Shown one piece after another: positions 36,101 through 48,100 of a stretch of DNA of 64,000 nt; position 1 is the stretch's first letter; the number at the start of each line of letters is the position of its first letter. Below the pieces are notes generated by a model. That model saw only the letters and a list, made by a program, of their open reading frames with translations. It did not search any database and was not told the DNA's origin. A program made the position numbers and the translations under genes. The DNA is from Somniosus microcephalus (taxonomy: Eukaryota). The stretch lies in NCBI GenBank assembly GCA_052327205.1, contig CM126220.1, positions 24,986,001-25,050,000 of the forward strand. Direction: 5' to 3'.

Positions 36101-39100
36101 TGCGATCGAACAAAAGAAATAAAAGAGATAATAAAAGGTATTCGAAGCCAGACGAGATGGTAATAGGCCCGTGGAGACAAAAGGCAGCTGAGATTAGGTG
36201 TGAAGTGTACTGGCAGGCAAGAGACAGCTGCCAGGTGAGAGAGAGAAACAAAAGGAAAGAGGGGGGGGGGGAAGGAGGACCCAAAACAAAGGGGTGGAAA
36301 AAATTATAAGTAAGAAAGTAATAGGGGCTGAGGTTATGATCTGAAATTGTTGAACTCGATATTGAGTCCGGAAGGCTGCAAAGTGCCTAATCGGAAGATG
36401 AGTTGCATCCAGTGACCCTTGTTGGAAAGTATGTGTCTCAATGTCCAATAACAGAAGTGGGCTCATGCAGTTAAACAGTTTCTTTACACTCACTGGTAGA
36501 GCTCATGCATGAAGAAAGGCACTTGGGTGAGGCACTGGACCATGTCCAGTTCCCCAGTAAGAATCAACATCTTCAGAAGAGGGGAGAAAATTGGCAAAAA
36601 GTTCACCTCCAAATTATTTCCTTATATTTTCCTTACTGAATTACATTGATTCTGGTGCCTCTCAAAGCACTAGGATCCACCTGAAAGAAGGAAAACAGGT
36701 ATCACTGAGCAAATAACGCATGGCCACCCTGTGCGCTTCCTTGCTATTGACAAAACGGCAGCATGATCAAATGGCAGGAAGTGGTGCAGCTCCGTAGTCC
36801 TTTTTTGTTAGGGTTGTGGTAAACCACTGTCATACCTGTCTGTGTCTGTATGTGTATTCCACTAGGTACAGGTCTGGACATGCCTCGGCTGACTCCTCCC
36901 ACTATTCCAGGTATATAAGTGACTACCTCCCAGTCCCTTAGTATTCTGGACGGGTCGACCACTCGAGACTAGACCTTCATTCTTTAGTTAATAAAAGCCT
37001 GATTGTTACTCGCTCAACCTCAGTCTTTTGAGTAATTGATGGCGCATCAAGGGTACAAACATAATGGGGAGATATGCGAGCAAAAGAGAGAGAATATTTT
37101 GAAATATTATAAAAGCGTACTGAAATGTAACTAAATGAGACTTAGAATGTGTTCTAACCTATATACAAATAAGGGAAGGATGAGTGTTAGATCTTTGAAC
37201 AGACAACTGCCTGTCGAGATTCTATCAAGGACTGCAGGATCAAAACATGCCCACTGCTGGAGTCACAGCACTCTCTTAACATTGGGTAATGCATTTGTTC
37301 TGATATAAAAGGTTGCTGTCCAGACGCTGAACTATTTACATTCAATATAATTGAAAACTGGAATGTAGACAATAGTATTACCAAAGGGTAACCTCTGTGG
37401 CTATATCAGGGGCGAGTGCTTTTTTTTGTTGCCGGTTTAAAAAAAATAATTTACACTGATTTGCTGATTCATACTTCAAATTGAACTGAGTTTTCACATC
37501 CCAAACTTCATGATACCAATCTGCGATAGCATGTCAGTAATCCCTTCTAGTAATGGGGCTTCAATGATGTGCATCCACTCTCCAACCTCATTAAAATGAT
37601 TGCTATGGGGCAAAGGATTCCAAAGGGTAGAGGGAATTGGCTGAGGTCATTTCCCACTGGTATGCTTCCTGCTGGCTAACCTCACACAGCATTAGTAATC
37701 TCCTCAGATGTAGAAGCCAACAAAGAAAATGAGAGGTTGGTGAAACGAATACTCTATAGAGTGAAATAACAACAGAAAATGCTGGAAAAACTCAGCCGGC
37801 CAGGCAATATCCGTGGAGAGAGAAATAGAGTCAACGTTTCAGGTCGAAACCCTTCGTCAGGACTGAAAAAGCACAGGAAATGAAACAGATTAAAAGGCCA
37901 GTTTGGGGGCTGGGAAATGGGGAAGAAAGAACAAGAGAGAAGTGAAGAGACAGTAAGAGGTATTCAAAACCAGACGAGATGGTGATAGGACTAGTGGAGA
38001 CAAAAGACGGCTCTAGACGAGGTGTGAAACGCGCTGGCAGAATGAGAGACAGCTGCCATGTGGGAGAGAAAAAAGGGGGAAGGGCACAAAACAAAGGTGT
38101 GGATAAAAAATATAATAGGGGCCGAGGTTATGATTTGAAATTGCTGAAATCGATATTGAGTCCAGAAGGCTGTAAAGTGCCTAATCGGAAGATGAGGTGC
38201 TGTTCCTCGAGCTTACGCTGGGTTTCCGTGGAACAATGCAAGAGCCCGAGGACGGTGAGGTCTGCGTGGGAATGGGGCGGTGAATTAAAATGACAGGCGA
38301 CCGGAAGCTCGGGGTCACCCTTACGGACTGAACGGAAGTGTTCCGCAAAGCTGCGTTTGGTCTCCCCAATGTAGAGGAGACCACATCGTGAGCAGCGAAT
38401 ACAGTATACTAGATTGCAAGAAGTACAAGTAAGTCGTTGTTTCACCTGGAAGGGGTGTTTGGGGCCCTGGACAGTGGGAAGGGGGGAGGTATAAGGGCAG
38501 GTGTTGCATCTCCTGCGCTTGCACGGGAAGGTGCCGGGCAAAGTGGAAGGGGTGCTGGGGGTGACAGAGGAGTGGACTAGGGTGTCTCGGAGGGAGCGGT
38601 CTATAGAGTGACGTGTGCATCTCAGTGAAGAGGAGCAATAGTGTGAGTAATAACGTGGCTTTATTACATGTTCTTTGCAGCACTATTACCTGTCTCCTGT
38701 CAGACTGCAGTGGGGGAGGAGGGGGACGAGCGCAGTCCCGGTATAACATCCGCAATCTCTCGCACTGAGCCTCCACTACCACCAGCCGTTCACCTGAAAA
38801 CAAGAGGGCATTTTCTTTTTAAAAGGAATGGAAAAGCATCTACAAGGCACAAACATGTTGCGGACTGCACAGTACCATATAGTCAGCTGTCAATCTGCTT
38901 ACCGAAGACACCGCAAGACCGTATTATGGTTATTTTAAACTTTGGTGCAGAAATGCAACCAAAATCACCAAAGGGTAAAAGAAGTAAACAATTAAATCGT
39001 GAAACATGGAAAGCAGCAACTCCATTATAATGACACTTGGGAGGGCTGTAAACCAAACAATCTTTAATGGGGAGCAAAGATGATTTCAAACTATAACGGT

Positions 39101-42100
39101 ACAAAGAGAATAATGAATATATAGGAGAATTACATTGACAAAATTGATCAGAGTGTTCAGATGCCATAAGTCAGGAGAACGACGGTCAAGCAGTTCATAA
39201 TTATAAACTTGTAATTTCTTATTTATTATCTACTTTGCTTGGATTTCATTCAGGAGTTTATTCAATTTCAGGTAACTTTGTGCATATGACATTAGTTGTA
39301 AGAGTTAGCTTTATGCAGCTGCTTTATGCTCCATGTCCATGACATCTTAAGGATATCAGCACGGTATATGCAGGTTTGGAACAATACATACCAGGACTGC
39401 ACTCCTGCGCCACCAGGTTCAGGACCTCTACTGCTGCTGGACACTGCTGAATGAACTCCTCACAGAACAAACTATCCTCCAGTAACTGGGCCATCACTAA
39501 GCATGCTCTGTAAAAGTAACGGAGTTATATCAGCTGCTTCAACAAAGTAATCAGGAACTGAAGTTACAGCACCACTCATCATTGGCTGCAATGGATAAAT
39601 CGTAAATTTCTAGATTGGTTGAGCTTCATTCACACAAATCAAAACATTTTATAACTTTAAGACAAAGTTTGTTCACCAAATACGATGGAAATGTAACACT
39701 TGTTTTTGTTCCAGATTTACAACGTTGCTGATTTTCTCTTTTACCTCAATTTTCATAACATTTATAAAGCAGTACATTTTACTGTAATCCACTGTGAACA
39801 GTGCTGCTGTGTCCTGTGTCACTAAAGCATAATACTTTCATGCTTAAAATCATGCATCCTGAAGCAACACTGCAAACAGGACTATCAACAGTAAGTTAAT
39901 TGGATAATTCACCACAGTTTATAAACATAACTCAGCAAATGCACTAATCCAATTTGAGTCCAGGTCTCTGATGGACGTTACATGGGAGCCCTGGTTAGCC
40001 CCTTCAGATAGGTGAGGTATTGTGAAGTAGGGATCTGGGGACCTCGAGGCTTCGCCTCAATTACTTGGCCGTCTTTACTTCAGTGTTAAAACAGGCCCCA
40101 TTTGCTGATCAAATGATTTCTTCTCAATGATCAAGCAACAGAAGCTGCAAAAACTTCATCTCATTGGCATGAGCTGGAGTTAACTTTCAAAAGACCTACC
40201 CGTCCTTCAAAGGAACTATAATCTTATAGCTCGAGTTCAAGGCTACTGGGGCTTTGGCACAAAATATCTGTGGTGCTCTTGCCACAGATAAAATGAAGTT
40301 CTCTTAGAGATACTTCTGGCTCTGACCAAAATCTTTTAAAAGAGTGTTGATCACTTGCTCATCCAGGGTTACTGGACATGCACTTGGCTTTAGGAAATCT
40401 GGCTTGGCAGTTGGCACCTCAGTCCAATGCTGAAGTCTAAATATATTAGTACAGAAATCTCTCAAATTTCAATAACCCAAAACCAACTATGGGGCCATAA
40501 ACTTCATCTCATTGGCATGAGCTGGAGTCAAAGTCACCAAGCTGTTATTGTATATTTCACCGATCACAAAGTTATGTTCCAGCCAACCAGCATAATCCAG
40601 TTGCTGAGGTGTTCAAGCACAATCTTTCCTTGTGAATGGTGTCTGCATCAGGAACTCATGTTTGAGAGGGAAAGCTTTATAAAATATAACACAGCAAATT
40701 GTTACAAGAAAAAAAAACTTACTTAATCTGCAGAGAGCAGGGTAAAACCAGAGGCAAATGCAACAACAAAAGAAAAGGTTACATTACCTAGTTCGTATTT
40801 CAGCTACAAGTCGTACTACTGCCATCACAGGGGTGGAACCATCACCAATTGCAGGGAGTGAGGTCAGAATGGAGAGACTCCCTTCCTGTGGAAGCAACAT
40901 GGATTGAACTGCCTGGACTACTTTCTCAGTGATGGACAGTTTATGCAGAGGCAAGGCCTAAAAAGTACAGAAAGGATCAAAATACAAATGTTAAGGCGCA
41001 AAGATTGTAACTTGCATTACTATTAGTTTTTAGCAGCGAACCCCATCAACTTTTTTGGGCCTCCACTTTCCCATTTTCTTCCCCACTTCGTTTTGCTTCA
41101 CTCTTGACAGCGCACAACTACATGCAACCACGAGGAGAAACCAATGGTGCTTTGAAATCAGCCAATGCCCACCTGGTGCAGCCTCAGTTTGTTCAAGCTA
41201 AAACCAAGAACGCAGCACATGGAGAAGCCTCAGTTCAAACCAGTCTTACCATCCTATGGCCAGCACATTAACCCATTGTGCCAATATGCCTCCAAATAGA
41301 TCAGAAGACACCTGGAAGTTCAACACTGGAGGTAACAAAGGCTCATGGATTTATTCCCACAAGATACGCACTTTGCGCCCAATGTAAAGTTTAGAACGCA
41401 AGTGAAGTGGGACTGACTGGGGACTAGAATTATTCAAAGCAGCAGAGACACACAGCAATTGCTCAATAATTTTTACTGTACAAATCTGCAAAGTTTTCAA
41501 CTGTTTACATCATCCTAGAATAAGTAAATCATATTTTTATTGGAGTGGGGAAGAGGACCGGAACAGCTTCACCACCTTATCTTCCATTATCATTACGTGA
41601 AATTAACTTAGTGAGTGGACATCCAGTAAATGAGATGGAGGGGATTGAAGGATGTTGACCCCAGCAACGCAGTTGATAGATGCCAGTACTCAGTACAAAC
41701 AACTGGTGGAAGATGATTCTAGCAAAAGAGCAAGAACTTGTAATTCAGGATCCTGATGAATACAGGACATCGTACAAAGTCTGGCAGACCAGTGTTTGGT
41801 GGTTTGAATCTAGCGGCAAATGGCTAGCATCACAAAAGTACATTAGAATGCATTACTGTTACAGTACACCGGCAGAAACTATGCAACAGTACAATGAACA
41901 GATTATTTCTAGATCAATATTTCCACAAGCTAAATCAGCATCCCCAATTAACATCTGGTTTCTGTAAGCAACTCACCTCACATCGTGGAGTACATAGTCT
42001 CGATATTGGAACAGTCACTGTGTCTGATGCTTTGGAAGCCTTTTGACAATCAGATAAGGGGAGTCGGACTGTGGCAATACCTTCTTGCTCATTAATGGAG

Positions 42101-45100
42101 GTCACCACTCCAATGCTTCCAGATATCCCCTTCCCTGAAACCTGAGAGAGAACATCGACTCATGTCCAAAAACTAAAGCAAGTACATTTTTATTGATTAA
42201 GGCAATCAAAAATTTTGCATTCCCATCGGCTTTATTTTACACGAGTGGAACTACGTACAAGTTACAAGACAGAAATAGGCCACTCGGCACAACCATTTGA
42301 CATCCCGCCCCCGCCACCCAAGCAAGTCCTAATCAAATTTAGCAACCCTGTTCCAATATCCCTTCAACTCCTTTTCCTTCATAGGAACAGGAGTAGGCCA
42401 TTCAGCCTGTTCCACCATTCAATTAGATCATGGCTGATCTGTATCTCAATTCGATTTACCTGCCTTGGTTCCATATCCCTCAATACCCTTCATTCACCTA
42501 TCTAATCTAATCTTGAATGTTGAGACCTAGTTTCTGCCTCAACCACTAACCCTAGAAGTGAATTCCACAGCCTCCCAATTCCCTGTGCAGAGAAGTTTCT
42601 CCTGACCTCTGTTCTAAATTTCTTACATTTAAATCTTGTACCTATGGCTCCTCATTCTTGGCGCTTCAACTACTGGAAAAAAAATCTGCTTCCATCTACA
42701 CTATCCCATCCTGTCATAATTTTAAACACTTCTAGCATATCCTCCCATAATCGGTGTTATTCTAACAAAAGATGACCCAATTTTTCAAGTCTTTCTTTGT
42801 ATTTGTATATCCTCATACCAAGCAGCATCCTAGTGAATCAGTGTTGGACCCTCTCCGAGGCCTCAAAATTCTTCCTATAGCATGGAGAACAATACTGCAC
42901 AGTGCTCTAACTGAGATTAAGGTTTTATATAGCCTCATTACCTCTTGGCCTTGGGCGTTAGATTCTATAGCTTTTGTAATAAAGCCTTGAATTCCATTAT
43001 CTTTTTTAAGCCTCATCAACTCGAGGTGCTGCTTTTAATGTTCTGCAAACCTGTACCCCCACATACCGCTGCTCATCCACAGCACACTTCCATTCAGAGT
43101 ATAATTATTTCTGATAAAATCCATCACCTCGCACTTACTGACATCGCTCACTCACAATTACCATCGAAGCAACTTCTGGAAGTGAACAAGGTCAGGTTTG
43201 GATGTAATGGCCCATTTGGCTGAATACTCAACGACATTCATTATCCAGATTCATGTACGAGGAACAGTCACTTGGATTAGGTACCAGAGGGTTGCCGCCA
43301 CCTGTACAAATGCATGCCTGCAGGAACTGCTGTCTCAACAGAAGAAAGCAAGTTCTATAATGTGGTTATAATCTACTTTGCACGGGAGGGACTGGGTGGT
43401 GCAGTGGGTCAGATACTACATTTTTATCTCTGGAACCTGGGTTCTAAACCAGCCTATACTAATTTTAAGTGTCTTGTCCAAGTTCAGTCAGTCAGTCAGT
43501 CACAATAGAGTTCCCAAAACTGCCCCTAATTTAATTAAGTGCACCCACAGAACAGCTGGCATCGGATTTTTTTAATCTGTATTTGTTCTCAGGACGTAGG
43601 CACTGCTAACAAGGCCATATTATTGCTTAACCCTAGTTGCCTTAGTGATGTTTTTTTATAACTTGAGTATCTTGTTAGAAACTTGGGTCGTGAAGAGTCA
43701 ATCACAGTGTAGGGCTGGAGTCATGTGTAGGCCAAGACAGAGCAAGGTGGCAGGTTCCTTCCCTGAAGGATATTAGCAAACCAGTTGGCTTTTTACAACA
43801 ATCTGGCAGCTTTTGTTAATTTTTTTCTGGTGCTAACTCACAAATTACCTGACTTAAGGAATCGATTTCACAACTTGCTTTTGTGGGAACTGAATTCACA
43901 ACCACTGGATTGCTAATCTAGTGCCATAACCACAAAACAAATAGAAAAATGTCACATTGGTTCAGTAGGGGGATATCGAAGCTGATAATTGCTATCTAGG
44001 TACTCAGTGTTCCATTCTCTAGCATGAATATCCCTCACCTTGACAAAGTTGATATTCATAAAAATAGTTTTAAAAAATAAAAAAAAGTAAATACAGAAGT
44101 GAATTATTTCTCTATAAAACCACCTCTCGTAAAACCAATTGTTTATAATTCTACTCTAACATCACTTTATACAATGTCCCCTTTTTCCCATCATGTGACA
44201 CTTGGAAAAACCGGACAGCTGTCATTCTGGTAACAGAAGACAAACTCAACAAAGTCAGACAGAAAACCTCTGAAAAGCTAAATTGTGTATTTTAGAAAGT
44301 CACTAATGTGTTCATAGCTGGGACATGCTCTCGGGGTTCAAAGAATGCTCAGGAACCCCGAGCATGTCACTGTCTGGTAACCATGCCCAACTATTGTAAA
44401 ATTAAATTTACATGGAGATTAAACAACAAATGTCTTGCACATCCATACACAGAGAAACACGAGTGGTCAACGAGTAGATTACCTGTACTTCAGATCCTAT
44501 TTTAATGGTCTCTTTGAAGCCCCCAAGTGCACAGAGTGCGGCCACTGCCTGCCGTCCGATAGCCTGCAGTTTTGCCAACTTCCTCCCACTGCTACTTCCA
44601 TTCTCCAGGATACTCTCTGCATATTTACCAAGCTGGGGGATGTACATCAGTGCTCGAGATAGAACCTGACAGACGGAGAATAAGATTTCAGTAAACACTT
44701 GAAATGGAAACTTGCATTTATATAGCGCCTTTAATGTAACATCCCAAAGGACTTCATGAATTAGAGTATAGAGGTGACCAGGAGGGAGATTATGGAAAGT
44801 GGTCGCGAATAATTAAGTGAGCTTTTGAAGCGAGAGTGCGTGCGGAGGAAAGATGTCACTGACTGCAGAGTGGAGGGAGAGGATTGTACATAGTAGGATG
44901 TGGGCAGCAGTCTTGGAAGAGTTGGAGTTTGTGTCGAGTGGAGTGGATGGGACCAGTGAAGAGGGCATTGGGAATGTTGAGTGTGGAGGTGACAAAAGGC
45001 ACGAGGCACGGGTGAAAATTTCAGCAGCAATGACGTACAGGTACAGCTAGAGTAAGGTGATGCTGTGGAGTAAGAAATAGGTAGTGTTGGTGATGGACTC

Positions 45101-48100
45101 TACATGGGATTTGAAGTTCAGCTTAGGGTTGAACAGGTTGTGCAGGCATACAGGAAGAGGGTGGATCAGGTTCTAGGGCAGAGTGTGACTGGAGGAGGCC
45201 GAACAGGATGGGCTTTGGTATTGTAAATTTTGAGCTCCAAGTAGTGCTGGCTCATCTTTGACCAAGCATATCAGCACGCTGACCTTTGCGGAATGAATGG
45301 TGTTAGTGGAGAAGTAAAACTGGGCATCATTGGCATACATATGAAAGTTGTTTACAGATAATGTTGCCGAGGGGAAACGTAAAGCTAAGCAATGGGAGGG
45401 GTCCAAGAATTGAAACTTGCACACACTGGAGGTGAACATGCAGGCACATAAGGAAAAGCTGTAGTCATAAATAAGAACATTTTGTACCTCAACACTGGCA
45501 TCCTGCGCCTCCATGGCCTAGAACTTGATCCAGTCCCCATTTGCCATGCCCACTGAGGCTCAACCCAATCATGCGGAACCTGTTTAACCCTGCGCTGAGC
45601 TTCAAAAGTCCCATAGGTTCAGTTAGTTCCTTTCTGCCCACAAGAATACAAGCACTCACGTGCCTGTGTGTAACTGAGATTGATAGTATTAATTGAAGAT
45701 TCTGGCTTACAAAACCCTAAAAAGTAAAATTAACACCAACTCTATTCTTAAACCAGGAGTCAGAACTACAGTAAAAGTTTATTGGAACTCAGCATGGGGC
45801 AACATAGGCTGGAGGGACGTGGGCCTCGGAGTAAGAGAAACTGCTGTAGATGTCTTCAAGACCACCGTAAGAGAATATACATGTAGTAAGCTCAATTATC
45901 CACCTTAATGGAACCCTCCTAGAGAATAATAGAAATTCACTGATAATTAAAAAAGTCTCTCTATATTTGGTCTGACTTGGTGAGCTTTTTGCTTTTGCTT
46001 GATCTATTTTGATTACCCAATCAACTTCCCAGCACATTTACACAAGACCCCAAGTTTTTCTCCCATTTTAAAAATGAGATATTACTGAAAAACAAAATAT
46101 ACAGGCAGCCTGACTCTCATTGGTTTCCTAATCCAAAGTTAAATATCAGAGCTACATGGGTAATAAATTCTACTGGACAGGCAGATTACAGTTTATACTG
46201 CTGGATGAAGAAACCAGAACCGTTGAAATATCAATTAGGAACTCTAAAGTCAATTACAAATGATTTGTGCAAAACTAAAGTCAATTATCGTTGAATTACC
46301 AACTCTGAAAGAATATCTTTGCAGATAATCAAAATTTCACTAAGCTCAATATGTTTTACTAACTGTATGTCATTTTCTTGAATTTATTGCATAAAAACCA
46401 TGAATCATGAAGACTTAAGTGTTATTAGGACGAGGGTCAAGAACAACCACGGCCCACTAATCACTGGTTCAAAGTGCCCGTAACAGGAAAAATCTGGAAA
46501 ACAAGAGCTAAAATAGTTTCTTCAAAAGAAATTCTACACCTACGAGCATGCATGTCGTTTTACTTACTTTTTCCGCTGTAGTGGTCCAGATCTGGGCAGT
46601 GCTGAACTCTGGAGCCATCAGTAAGTTGTGCAGCAGAGCAATCACTTCTGCTGCCATGCTGTTTGCCACATGGCCACTGATGAATGGGCGGACTGGGTCT
46701 GTTCTGCAGGGAGAGGAAAGACCAGAGAGTCATGTTTTCAAGCCAAAGAAAAAATCCAAGGTTCGAGTCATACTCTAGTTTCAAGTTATTCTGGAAGGAA
46801 ACCACCAAGGTTAAAGGTGCTCTCACACTCCCTTTTTACTAACTTGTCTATTGCTTCAACTCTCGTCCAATTCGTAAACCAATGCTATAGAAATAAATGC
46901 GCATTGGAAGCACTATTGATAAAGCGGTCCTGGACCACCTCAGACCCTGATCAAATTGAACTCAGACCAGAATCAATTGGAATACTGGTAGTACAAATGT
47001 GGGTGACTAAACTTTAATCTTTATTGTATCTCATTAAATTAATTCCCAGGATCTCAAAACTGTATATTTCCTTTCATCCCTCAGTTTTCCCTTTCACCTA
47101 ACGTCAACAGGTCTTTGAACCCACCCTTGACATCCGATCACTATTTTTTGATTCAATCTGGCCTCTCTACAACCTTCCTGGTGTCCTGTATTACAGGCCT
47201 TGGTCTTGTAACTAGCTTTCCCAGTTCAAAAAAATCTTAAATTAGAAGATTCTGATGATATGTCAACCTTAATAGCAGAGCTTGAACAGTTTAACTGTCC
47301 TTCACACAAAGAGTCTGCTCCCTCTTTATCTGGTCTTCATTACTTCCTTTCCCTCTCACCATCTCGTACCTGGCAAGTTCTGCATTTTTCTCTCTGCAGA
47401 TGGATGTCTGAGCCGTCTTTTTCTTATCGCCAGTTGTCAGTCCACTGGTAGCCTCCTGACTGGCAACCTCCACTGGTGGTCCCACACTTACAATTAGCCC
47501 TGACTGCGCCCATTTGGTCGCCTTGCGCAAGGCTGCAACTGCCTCTTCCGTGATAACTTCACAGTACCCACTCTGCAAACCAAAGACATCATTAGTGTGT
47601 CCCAGCAGGCATATTCTGCCAATACATCATTCAATGTTAAATTGCTGTTCTATTTCAGGATAGACAAGAAACAAGTCAAAGGATAACTTTTGTGAGTTAC
47701 ATCATCTGAACAGTTATTTATCATAATTTAATGTTGAGCCACTTACAGGAAACTTCGCGATATCCGGCACCGACGTGATGCCGATCTATGAAAACTTCCG
47801 GACAGACCAGCGCTAATGTTGAAGGATACGGAGGTTTTCATCTCCGTATCGGACAACAAACACTGTTGCTTAGCAACAGCTTGTAAACAGTCGACCCGTA
47901 CCTTGGAAGCGTCTCTGTAGCTTAGCAACAGCTTCAGAGAGGCTTTCCAGAGACTGACTTTTTTTCTTCTAGCATTTTTTTAAACAAAGAAAAAAAACCT
48001 AACAAAACAGCTGCTGATTTCTGCCGTTAGATCGAGGTTTCCGGACATACAACCTCCGGATAAAACAAAGTTTCCTGTACTTGATTTATCCAATGTATGA

